From: Glaucostegus cemiculus
Taxonomy: Eukaryota
Direction: 5' to 3'
Assembly (NCBI GenBank): GCA_976551045.1
Contig: CDPCPM010000077.1
Coordinates: 558,001-622,000 of the forward strand
DNA: 64,000 nucleotides
Shown here piece by piece: positions 24,321 through 36,706 of the stretch (position 1 is the first letter of the stretch; the number at the start of each line of letters is the position of its first letter). Made by a program: the position numbers and the translations under genes. Under the pieces are notes generated by a model, which made no database searches, was not told the origin of the DNA, and saw only the letters and a program-made list of their open reading frames with translations.

Positions 24321-26844
24321 TAGTGTTTTGAACAGTTGTAATGTAGGAACTGGACCAGTGAGTTTATTCACAGTATGCTCCTACAAACAGCAATGTGATA
24401 ATGACTAGATAATAATTGAAGAACCATAATGAAACATTCCTCAATCCACATAATGCTTTGTAGCTTGCCAATGCTAATGTGGTCAGTCCCAGTGCTCCAG
24501 TTAGGGTTACACTTTTGACAACTTCTTCATGTCTTCCAGGCTTCAGCACGGTTACACCAGCTTTTGTTTTGCCTCAGATGCTGTTTTCTTTCACCCAGTG
24601 ATATACTGAGGTGCCTTAGCAGCAGATATCCTTACTGCCAATTGCCTGCAACTGTGCCTGGAGTTAAACAGAGAGAGGGGAAAGCCAGGAAGAAAGTGAA
24701 GCAGATGAAGCAGAGGAAGGTAGGAGAGTGAAAAGTGAGACACTGAGAGCAACAGAGAGAGAGTCAAAAAGAAGTGAACAAAAAGGCAGAATGAAGAGAC
24801 GTGGTGATGGAGAAAGAGGGAGAAGAGATGGTGAGAAGGAACATGCCATAGGTAGAGACACAGAAAGGATGGAAGTGCCTGAGACAGAAGGGGAAGAGGA
24901 AAGGTGGAATGGAAGGAAACAAGACCTACCAGTTGTGGATGTCCTTGGTTACAGAGTTTAGTAGTTTCTCTCTTGTGTAGGTGAATTAGTGAGTCCATTA
25001 CTGCATTCCTGGACATTTTGACGTTTCCAGCAGTCAACTTCTTCACTGTCTCCTGTTTTTTATATCATTAATAGCAAATTGCCATATAAATATCACTAGT
25101 TAAAAAATTCAAATGCAAGTGTTTACATGACATTGTACAGAGAATCTGATCCAAAATCTTTAGTGACTTTTATTCTTGACCCAGGTGAACCACATCTGCT
25201 TTCCTGGATCCTTATGTATTCCTTATCTTGTCTTCCCACCCCCATTGCAAGTCTTCTGAGGAACTCTCCCTTGCCAGAACAAGGTTTTCCTACCACGCTT
25301 CATTTCAAATGCAAATGCCAAGCAATGACTCCTTGGCTTTGAACAACAATCAAATTACAGTCAGACTGACAAGGTCTAAAGGCGGTTTACAATTTCAGTA
25401 GTCCATCATTATTGGCAACCATCCCCAAAAGTGTGAACCAGTGGCTGAACAGCCATACACAGCATTATAGCACAACAGCATTGACATGATGAGAGTATAT
25501 CGGCAGTGTTAATAAGTGTATATTAATGGCAGCTTGTATTAATATTAGACTTCATTGTGTGGAAGTTAATGAAAGTGATAAGGAAACTGGTGCATTTAAT
25601 GTGCATGCTGCAAGTATGGAAAATGAATATAAGATTTTAAGGCACAAATTTAAATCAACAAGCACTTCATGATAATGACTGGTGCTGCTGTAATCTGATT
25701 TATTATGAGCTAAGATACCTATTTACTGAATTTTAGAAGTATCCCTATCATAGAAAATTCAGTCCAATTGATGTATTTAAGAGAAAATCTCCAGACAGTG
25801 GAAGAAGTATCAACTACATTAACCATTGCATGTTGCTGCACATTATAATGGCAAAATATGATGAGGAAGGATTGGTTACATCAACTGAAAATGAATTGGG
25901 TTATCTGTAGACTCTATAAGCAGGTGCCAAGTGTGAAACCTATCTATCACTGTCTATCATGAGTCACAGTTTGTTATGCATTGAAAGGCCGGTTTGAATA
26001 GAAATTGAGTAAATTGGAAAGAAATAGAGTTTGGTGAAGACGTGTTGAGATGACTTGACCAGAAAAATTGTAGTGGTACAAAACAATGATAAAACAGTGA
26101 GATTCTGGCTATCCTTAAAACAACATCTACAGGTATATTTCTGTAGAAAGGGACATGGCAAATGTATAGTCCACATATATACAACTGTATCTAACCAAGA
26201 ACGTTCTGAATCCGCTCCTATAGAGAGAGCATTTTGGGTCAACAATCATATTCAAGTTTTGGATCCCCCAAACATGTTCAGTAACAAGCATGAAGCGGGG
26301 TTATTGAATTGCAGTTTTGGATCAGGACAGTACAGTATTTAGAAGTATGTTTTAACCAGCATTTGAATGAAAACAGTGGAAAATTTCCACTTAATGAGCA
26401 GAGTTCACAAATAATTTTCTCCAGAAAATTACACGGTCTCTTCTTTTGCTCTACTCCCTTATGCATGTGTTACTTTGAACTGTTTCAAAGTGAGAAAACT
26501 TGCAACAACTTACTGAAGCTAGTGAATATGGGGAACATGAGAGTATCCACAGCAATAAACCTTTTCATCTCTCTGTTGTTCCCCTTGGAAAAAATGTTTG
26601 TTATCAATGCCACCCATTATGTAACCCAGAAACTCAGCTTGCCAAGGCACACTGCTACAATAGCAGTTGTTGGAATACTGTGCTGCATTGTGCACTCCTT
26701 TACACAACTCATTTGTCAGTGAAAAATCCTCTCTGCATATTTTGTGCAGTTCTTTTTCACCTGAATATAGAGTCATAGAGTAATACAGCACAGGAGCAGG
26801 TCCTTTGGCCCAACTCATCCATTCCAACTAAACCCATCCCACTT

Positions 26845-27443
26845 AACCATAGAACCAGAGAACAATACAGCACAAAACAGGCCCTTCGGCCCACCAAGTT
26901 GTGCCATCCTTCAAACATCACACAATCTAACTCTTTCCTCCCACATATCCCAATATTCCACATTCTTCCATGTGCCTATCTAACAATCTCTTGAACCTGT
27001 CCAACGTATCTGCCTCTACCACCACCCCAGGCAGCGCATTCCATGTGCCAACCACTCTCTGGGTGAAAAACTTCCCTCTGACATCTCCCCTGAACTTTCC
27101 ACCCAATATCTTAAAGCCATGCCCTCTCGTCTTAAGCATCTGTGCTCTGGGAAAGAGGCGCTGGTTGTCAACTCTATCTATTCCTCTCAATATCTTATAC
27201 ACCTCTATCAAGTCCCCTCTCATCCTCCCAATGAGTAAAGCCCTAGCACCTTAAGCCTCTCCTCATATTCCATACCCTCTAATCCAGGCATCATCCTGTT
27301 AAATCGCCTCTGCACCCTCTCCAACGCCTCCACATCCTTCCTATAATGTGGCGACCAGAACTGAACACAATACTCTAAGTGCAGTCTAACTAGAGTTTTG
27401 TAAAGCAGCATCATCACCTCTCTGCTCTTGAACTCAATCCCAC
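26845..27443 (-). mobile_element. Young CR1 3' fragment (same family as 52113-54703)
   Basis: ORFs 27220-27417 and 26927-27223; AGAACCAT-type tail; ATCCCAC repeated at 26836-26842 and 27437-27443. Confidence 0.95.
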
Positions 27444-28284
27444 ATTTTATATTTGCTCACATTTAGCTCATATCTGACAATGACAAGTCGCCTGACCTCA
27501 AGGTTTATCTTCCTGCCAAGCCTGCACTTAAACTGAAGGCTTTCCCAGTGACTTCTTTCTTGTAAAAGCCATTTCCACCCTCATCTGAAAGGACTTGTAT
27601 TATATATTTTTTTTATTATTTCGAACTGACAGCTATGAGCTGCCACTGTTAATGAAGAAGTCTTCTTTTACCGCAAAGTGCTTCACAGAAAATTTGATTT
27701 ACTCCAGAAATGGTAAACTCTTGCAAATAAAATGCAGAGATTTATATGAACAGATTAGATTGCAAGCTGATCCTGATTTAGTATCCTTTCATATAAACAA
27801 CCTTTAATAAATATGATAAATCTTTCAAACATACATAATTTGACCTGTCTTTGCTGCCAAGGTCAGTCGTACAATCCCAAGCAATCCGCTCTGTTAGATT
27901 GCCATTCAGGCAGCTGGAACAAAAATATACCCAGGCATATTTGAACTAACCACTGTTCAGTGGGTAACATCTGTCATAGCCTCATATATGTGTACCTTTG
28001 TCCTACAGGCAACAACCTTCCCGAACCGCAAATAAAAGGTTTACGTTTTCTAAATATATTTAACTGGTGATTCATCCCTGTTTATGGATTATTGCAGGTC
28101 CAAAATGTCAGCTGACATTTCACTTCAACAGTAATTGTCAGGTACTTCAGAACATCAATGTGACAAGTGGCCATGTAAATCTAAGTATTTCATCTTTTTT
28201 ACTGACGCCAATTGTACAGCAGTAAGGAGCATTCATTGATACTTTTCTATGTTCACTAACACAGCAAAGGAACCTGGAGACTAC

Positions 28285-28600
28285 TTTTCTTCTTCTTAGG
28301 CTGCCCCTTAGGATTAAAAGAGACTCTCTTCAATCCCAGAGCAAAAAGCAAACTGCTGGAGGAACTCAACAGGTCAGACAGCATCTGTGGTGGCAGAGAG
28401 GTGGTCAATATTTCAGGTCAACCGTCAGTCCTGATGCAGGTTGACCATCTCTCTGCCTCCACAGGTGCTGCCTCACCTACTGAGTTCCTCCAGCAGTTTG
28501 TTTTTTGTTCCAGATTACAGCACCTGCACTCTCTTGTGTTTGTCTTCAATTCCAGTTCTGTGGGTTCTGATGTAGATGATGAGGCCAGTGTGGTGCCCTG
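28285..28600 (-). mobile_element. RTE-type 3' end interrupted by a PLE hairpin
   Basis: TTCTTCTTCTTAGG tail and TGTGGGTTCTGA resemble the antisense of 14085-14295. Confidence 0.55.
28335..28542. mobile_element. PLE-derived palindromic element with 8-bp TSD
   Basis: Inverted arms CAAACTGCTGGAGGAACTCA / TGAGTTCCTCCAGCAGTTTG; TCTTCAAT at 28327-28334 and 28543-28550. Confidence 0.8.
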
Positions 28601-29295
28601 TTTCAGGATCAATATGGGACTCTGCCATAGGGACGCCAGGAGGTGTTAGATAGGTTGGGAGGATGGGTAGTATAGCAAGTGCTGCATTCTTTCTACCATG
28701 TTTGCTAGCTCTACTCCAGCTGAGGTGATGTTGTGTTGAGAAAGATTGAGAAAGGTGTTAAAGCAATAACGCAGCCTTACCTAACATCAGTCTGCACTTA
28801 CATTGGATCTGCAGTGCACCTGTTGGTTAGGATCATGGTTTGCATGCCTTCACACAGTACATGTGGGATGGAGGTGAATTCCCTGGGGCAGCCAAGTATG
28901 CTGAAGGTGCTCTTTGACTAACTGTCAAAGCCTTTCGTGAGGTTGAAAAAGGCCATGTACAGTTATTGATGCTGCTCCCTGTATTTTCCTTGGAGTTGTC
29001 CATTATGCTTCTTAATGAATGGAGTCCAGACTGCAACACAAGGATATACTCCCCACCACTAGGAATCAATAACTGAGAAGGAACCTTATGATTATTTTCC
29101 CAGTAGCAAATAGCAGGGAGACCCCTAGGTAGTTACTGCAGTTGGATTGGTCTCCTTTCCATCCAGCCATATTGTAGTTCTCTCATCAGAACATGAGCTG
29201 AAAACAATAAGCAAAGCAGGAAGGCAACTGTGTTCTCCCTATTTTGCATGTAGCTCCTTCCATATTAGGCAATTCATGTGAAACAACAGCATACA

Positions 29296-29643
29296 AACAG
29301 CATAGTGGTGCAGTTAGTACAGATGCTGCCTCACCATTCCAGTGACCCAGGTTCAATCCTGACTTCCAGTGTTGTCTGTGTGGAGTTGACCGTTCTCCCT
29401 TTCACCATGTGGGTTTCCTCTGGATGCTATGGTTTTCTCCCACGTCCCAAAGATGTATGTGTTGGCAGGTTAATTGGAGACTGTAAGTTGTCCCTAGTGT
29501 GTAGGAGAGTGGTAAAGACAAGGGGAAGTGAAGGGAATGTGAGGAGAATAAAATAGAATTAGTGTAGGATTCACGCAAATGGATTTTTGATGGTTGGTAC
29601 AGTCTCGGGCGAAAGGGTCTGTTTCCATGCTGAATGACTCTAT
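29296..29643 (+). mobile_element. HE1-like V-SINE with CR1-type tail
   Basis: GGTTCAATCCTGAC B box, V-core, tail GGGTCTGTTTCCATGCTGAATGACTCTAT resembling CR1 ends such as 50455-50500. Confidence 0.85.
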
Positions 29644-29939
29644 AAGATATGATATTTTTATTAGTCACATGTACATCGAAACATACAGTGTAATGCACCT
29701 TTTTGTGTTGTGTTCTGCGGGCAGCCCACAAGTGTCACCACGCTTCCGGCGCCAACATAGCATGCCCACAACTTCCTAACCTGTATGTCTTTGGAATGTG
29801 GGATGAAACGGGAGCACCCGGAGGAAACCCATGAAGACACAGGGAGAACATACAAGCTCCTTACAGACAGTGGCCGGAATTGAACCCAGGTCATTGGCGC
29901 TGTAATAGTGCTACGCTAACCACTACACTACCGTGCCTG
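29644..29939 (-). mobile_element. V-SINE tail type B inserted into the tail of the HE1-like SINE
   Basis: Antisense copy of 1232-1519; TSD CTCTAT at 29638-29643 and 29940-29945. Confidence 0.9.
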
Positions 29940-32065
29940 CTCTATGACATTCTACTTGTGAAATAATAAAGCAAAGTCTAATGGAACAATAAGAACATGG
30001 TAAAATGTCCCAAAGAGCTTCACAAAAGCATTATCGAGCAAAAATTAACACTCAACCACAGAAGGGGATATTAAGGCTTTGCTAAAGAGAAACGATTGAA
30101 GGAGTATCTCGAAGGATGAAAGAAAAATAGAAATTTGGAGAGATTTTGAGAAGTAATTCAAGTGATACAGGCCTTGACATTTGAAGACACAGCTAACAAT
30201 AGTGGAGCAATTAAATTTGTGACTGACGAATTGACTAGAGTGGGAGGAGCACAGACATCTCAATGGGGAATTGCAGATTATAGAGGCATGGGAACATTTC
30301 AACATTAAGACTCATCTTAACCAAGAGCCACTTTAGGTCACCAAGCATGCAAGTCATAGATGATTTCAGTTTCAGAATTTTGGATAACCTTTCATTTATG
30401 GACAGCAAAATGAGGGAGGTCAGTCAAGAGTAAGCTGAAAAATTCTGAGTAAACTATGGAAGTCTCAGAAGGAAAGCAAAGATAGCTGGTTAAAGTGTTC
30501 ACTGACTGGAGGCTAATTTAAATTTTAAATTAAATCCAAATTAAATTTCATAGCTCACAAAACATCTCTGTTTTCACTGACATCTGAAATCTGTCTTCAG
30601 CAGTTAATGAAAATTGTGTTTGAACTGATGTATGTAAATATTATAAAATAAACAACTAATTAATAAGTAGTTTAAACAAATAATTGACTGATTTCTGCTG
30701 AGAGCAGGAATCTTAAGCAGGGTGAATGTCTGCAATAATAAAGTGCTTGTTATCTGCTAATGACTGTGAAGAATGTTCTTGTGTGTTTTATAGTGGCTTG
30801 GAGGGCTTTTAGCTGATCAAGGCACAGTATGCAGTCTTGCACTTTAATCATCACTGAGTCCCCATTTGAGCTCAGAAAAGAAGTGGAAGATTAACTATTT
30901 CTGCTTCATCTTTCATTCCCTACCCTTTTGAATTATCATTCTGATTCCCTCTATATTTTATAGTGAGAAACATTACAAGCAACTGGCTTCAAAGCCAAAT
31001 CATTGGTCCTGGTTTTTGTGCACAGTTACTGGTATTCCAGCTTCATTTAGTTACCAATTTCTACATTAATTTATAGAGACAATTTAGATCCACAAGCTAA
31101 GTAAAAACTCCTTTTACAGAGTCATCATTGAGATGTGTTCCCAGTTCCATGCACAATCCATGCATTGCTCACTTGGCCTACTTTAAAATATCAATTCAAA
31201 ATTCTTGAGAAAAAGCCATTTCTCACTGTGCACATATGTCCATACCAAAAACAGCACATTCTACTTCATGACATGGCAGGAGAAAGGTCACTGAGGGAAG
31301 CAGTAACACTGGGGCAAAAAGACAGCATCAGTGAAAAGTGCATTGGGATGGCACATCAAGGAGTACATAAACAATCAAGTGGTCAAGGGTTGAACATGCG
31401 AATGAGGCAAAGGGAGTTATTGAAGATGTAATGGGAGATGCAAAGAGTATTAGCAGTAAGGATGAAACTAAATACCAAGTAAAATTCTCAACTTTCAAAT
31501 GAGCAATTATTTTTCCAAAAATATACTTTATTTGTAATACACACAATCTGGACATGCCTTTATCTACATTCATTGCACCAGCAATTCAATCCCCTCTCTT
31601 ACAATGCGTCAATGAAAATTACCTTTGCAGCAGTGACATCCAAATATATCGTGCTCAGGCATTTGATGTCATTGTGAATGCATGGACATATTCACACAGA
31701 GGGCCTGAAAAATGTTTTTGAAAGTGCTTGAATCAGGCACAAAAAACATTATTTAACAATGGGGTTTTAAAATAACTTCCTCTGTATAGCATGCAAGAGC
31801 ATTGTATAATTGATAAGAGATTCTAGCTCTGTATGGTTCCATGCAAAACTATGGTAGCTGGTGATATGGCTGTTTATTGGCAAATTCACTTGAGTTTGTG
31901 CCAGTTTGAAGCTGCAAGTTGACAGAAATTGAATTGGAAAACTTTGTTTCCTGGCCTTCAAAACCTATTTTTATTCCTGGTGTCTGCCTTCTCCCACTTC
32001 ATTGGCAAAGACCTTGTCAATTTATACACAAATAGGACAATAGATGCTTTACTCACCATACTTTC

Positions 32066-32145
32066 TGACATGATCATTCAAGCATCATCTTTTCTTCAAA
32101 TGTTATGTCATTTGAAGAAAAGATGATGCTTGAATGAAGTTGTCA
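32066..32145. repeat. Perfect 29-bp hairpin (6-nt loop) with 5-bp basal extension
   Basis: 32074-32102 is the reverse complement of 32109-32137; TGACA 32066-32070 pairs with TGTCA 32141-32145. Confidence 0.95.
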
Positions 32146-35100
32146 CTGCAATAAAGAATTGACTTAAAATAAAGATTGCTATTACTATTCTTGTTGATTT
32201 GCATGGCTAAATTCATAAATTCTATATATATCACAGATGATGATGTAGAAATGCTGTATTTTTGGCATTGAAACAGTGGTGTAGATTCTCCTAAAGCTGT
32301 TTTTTGAAAGTCACATGATGAGTGAGAAAATTAAAGGTGTGATTTTCAGGAAGAGTATTATCGAGCTTCCTTGTGCAATGTGACACTGCAACGACATTGT
32401 CAGTGTATTACAAGTTCTCACAGGTGCTACAACATAACAATGCAGGTGCAATCCTTGACCCTACTCTTAAAAAGATGTAATACTGTATGAACTCGTATAT
32501 ACTCTTCCAGCTAGTGGAGAGTGTTGCCAAGAATGAATGGGTGCTGCAGTGCTGGGAGACAGTTGAAAGAGTACCAGGACAGGCTAGTGAAGAAGACTCC
32601 CCACTAGAGGCATGTTCTTTTTGCATGGAATCACATTCTGACTGCCATTTCCGATGCCAGTCTGACTCTCCTGCCCGAATATACCAGGGAGGTCTCTGTA
32701 AATGCCTACATTTTGAGAAGACTGCAATGGAGGCAAATACCAATGCTCACTCTGCCTATTCCTGAGGCCTGAACAAAACACAATCCCTTTTGCTTGAAAA
32801 TGAAGTTTAGGTAATTTTCTCAAGGAACTCAGAAATGTTAAGCCAGTTTTCATCTGCACAACACCTTTGTTTTAGGTGCTTTGTGAACAGATGTTATATA
32901 AGTGTGAACTGTATTAATCAAAATTGTGTTTAGAATGGGGATATTAGTTATTTTTCCATCAAATTCATATCCTACCCTCGTGAAAACATTCTTTTCTATG
33001 TAGTAGCAATCTGACTTAACCTTGAGTAAGGTAATTTTGGGCACTTTTCTGGATGCCTTAATACTCATGAAGACATTTTTGTCAGGGTTTTTATTCCCCC
33101 CAGCACTTTTATTCCAGTATAAAACTCCCCTGAACAATACCGACAGTAATGCAACATGTAAAATTGACCTGCAATTAAATTTTCAACCTCACTGGTTTAA
33201 ATTACCACTGCACTTCTCATCTCCAGTATCGCTCCAAACTGAATATTATGCAGAATTGAATCCAGACAGGAAAGTCATTCCACAATATTCAAACCTGGAA
33301 TATGAAGAGGGTTAACATCAAGCCCAGAACCAGGCATTATCCAACATGTGCGTTTCTGGAAGAGATTGCTGGAAGAAATGATAAAATATAGGAATTTTAG
33401 CTGCTGTTCCCTTCCTTTCCCAGGGAGTGTGTTGACACGTTGACTTCACAGAGGCTGCGTTCCTTTTCTGCACAAATCTAGCATTTACCAATTGAATTCA
33501 ACTGAGCCTACTTAGACTTGAGAAAATTGGTGTAAGAAATCTTGGTGGTGGTAACTATGCTCTTAAAGTATATTTTACAGATTAGAAGGCTGAAATTACA
33601 AAATTATAGCTTAATCCAATCCTAAAAAATTACATCCAATAAATATAGTTTAAATTAAATAAACCGCAATGCAATTATGTATTCTTTAAACTAGTACTAA
33701 TACATGGCAGATTTCAAACTTGTGGATTAATTTTAATTTCTTCCATTCTTAATGGAAGTTTCTCCTCTAAAAGATATAATTTTGTGATGAGTTACTTCAG
33801 CCAAATGATTTCTTATTTTTCAACATGATGCAATAGCTAATGCATTGTAGAAAATCTACATTCTGACAATATTGAACTGCTTTCTTCTTTCTGCACTGCT
33901 GCTGCTGTTGTAAAAAAAAACAGTGATTATATTATGGGGCAAGTTCTACAACAATTAATATATCTTTAAGACAATACCCTTAATATTTCTGCTGAGACTG
34001 CTGAGAAAACACCATTAGTGGTCATAGAAAATCCTCCATGTGACTGCTCTTTTACATTTGAATACATCCCACTCAAAAAACTTGATAATAAATTCAAGGC
34101 TAACTGATGAAGTACCAAGGCGTGATACCCTATCAGAGGCATTGACCTTTAGATAAAATGTCAATAATATCATGGAATGCTCTTATAATATACGAAGTTT
34201 ACCCAGTACCCAAGCAAACATTTATCCCTCAGTGAACATTTTTGAAAACCATTTATCTGGTCATTTAACACCTTGCTGTTGCAGAACTTTTGTAAAATAT
34301 CCTTTTCCAATGATCACAGATTGACTCCAAAAAAATTCTTTCTCTTCTTCTCCCTTCTCTTTTCTCCTTTTTCACTAATTCCTTTGTCCTGTATTGTACT
34401 ACATGTCACATACAATGCAAGCCATTTTTTAGTTTTCAGGTAATCTTCAAAACTGCATCAGATGAAAAGGGCAGTTCTCTTAAAATATTCATAGACAAAG
34501 ATATAAAATTCTCCAAGGAAAAAGTAATTGATAAATATTCTTAGCTATACCTTTCCTAACTTAAAATTAATATTGATTTCTGTGAGTGAATTATGCCCAA
34601 GCATTTTAACTCAACTCAGAAACAATTATGGAAAATTTCTCATTGTTGGTATAATTTCTATGTTTGTAATTGAGGATGTAAATTAAATCCTCATAATCTG
34701 AAGTTCTGGAATAATCTTCCAGCCCTATAAATTATTTTCATAACACCTTTAAAACATTGATCAGATATTCCTACTTGGTCCCAGTTGTTCTGTTGGATGG
34801 TGTCATGACCTGATATAATGTGCCTTTTTTAATTTTTTTCTTTGAACATCCCAAATCTAAACAGTGTTGACAGGTTTTGTCAGGATTTACTTTTGTTTCC
34901 TTTATTAAAAATGTGCTTCATCATACGGAGCAACGTTTCCACTCTCCCCTCCAAAGTGAAATTTTATCAATCAAGATTTTGTCATTTCCCTCAACCTCTG
35001 ATAAACTCCTAGGTGTAGTTTATTTTGGAAAAGTGACAAATAACCCTAACTGGTTAAGTTCAAACCCTCACCAGGCAAAATCCTGAGCTCAGGATGTCAC

Positions 35101-36115
35101 CATACTGTGCCATTTGATGCTTGCAGTCAAGTTCCCAGGTTTCTAGAAATGGGTCTCCAGCTATACCTCCTGTGGTTCAGAAGTGTTAACAATACATATA
35201 TTTTTTAAATGCTATTATGGCTTTATTTGGGAGCCCCAAAGAGTTAAGTCATCCAGTTAGTGAAGTATACATTCCTTGTAACTACCAAAGTCTGATTAAA
35301 TGTTTCCATAGAATCAAAGATTAGTCAGGACAAAAATCACCTCAAAAAATCCCAAAATGCCAATTCCTATTATTCAATTGATGCCTTTTTTTTATTTTGT
35401 GGAAACTTCATTTACAGATATTTTAATTGCAATTGCTCATGGCAGTTGTGGTGTCTAGGTCCTTATCTTCCATAATTCAGGTTACTATTTTATAAGAGAT
35501 AGAACAATACATGGAAAAGGAACAAAAGAGGCTTATGTTTGTAAACATCCCAGTGATTGCAACATGGTGTTATTACTTCCCTGGGCAGCTTTGGGTTTCT
35601 GAAGATAACTGAAAAAAATGAACATAACTGGGGAAAATTAATTATCACTCATTCATTGTAATCGAGTGAAACATAATCAAGTTCTAGCTACAGCCCAATT
35701 ACTTTAAAACCAAATACCACGGCTTAGAATTGAGACTTCAGGGCCAAAATTTATCTCTGAAAAACAAACCCCAAACATCGTGGAACACTCACACATGTTA
35801 AATCAGTTCCAAACCAAATAATGACTCAAGATCTCAAAAGTAAAAATGAATGCTGAATCTCTCCCACAGCAAATGTAATACTACAGTCTGAAGTGACTGA
35901 TACTGAACACAAAGAGTAACACATTTTCAAGATGTAATTTCAAACAAGGAAAGATAAGGCAAACTTCAGACATACTTTTATGCAAATGGAATCTCGCTTG
36001 CTTTTACTCATGCATCTTCATGTTATCCCCTCCTTGCATCAATACTTCATTGTCTGTTTCAACTTTAAATATCTTTTAGGGACTCCCCTTCTAGGTCATG
36101 AGAGTGTTTAGGCTC

Positions 36116-36706
36116 TCACTTCAGCTTGGTATTGGTCAGGACCTGGTCGAGGTCGATCCCCTCTATCCTCAGTGCTTTGAACAAGACAGCTTTGATGTTT
36201 ACTCTCTGGCCCTTGGTCAGGACTCCCTTGTCCATCTCTTGTTTTAAATCTGAGGAATATGCAGCCAAAAAGGGTCTGGTGTCCACTTTCAGTTCATCTT
36301 TCAGAACCTGACCTTCAATGAGGGGCTACATGTGGTGGTATTTGGTATTAGTGGCCTCATTAGCCACTGTGGTCATTTAGGGTGTAGTCTTCATCTTGGC
36401 CTCAGGCTGCTTCTTCCTGTTGATGGCATTTTGCCTCATCATGGGTGACCAGGCACAATGGGATGAGCACATCTGTTTTTCTGCCCCATAGGAGGTATTC
36501 TTTGTCATTCATGCTACCTCATCAAGAGCCTGGAGTCTCTTGCATCCATTCTGGAGAAGGTGGTCACAACTGTTAGATGTTGGCTTACTTGTTGGAGTTT
36601 GAATTTTGGATCTACCTTTGGGAATCACTTCACCCAAAGCCCTCCCCATCCCTAACTCCTGTGTCTTTAAAGTTCCCTGTGTTACACAGCATTCACTGTT
36701 GTTTAC
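36116..36706 (-). pseudogene. Decayed coding-like frame of unknown family
   Basis: 197 codons with only 3 internal stops, ending ...DKGVLTKGQRVNIKAVLFKALRIEGIDLDQVLTNTKLK*; no resemblance to the LINE/PLE proteins in the window. Confidence 0.4.

Noticed and set aside
24668-24961. Glu/Arg-rich open frame
   Set aside because: Purine-rich low-complexity sequence is depleted of stops; no recognisable motif or convincing splice context
32487-32765. Cys-rich 92-aa ORF
   Set aside because: Cys spacing fits no domain I recognise; overlapping ORFs of similar length on both strands suggest chance
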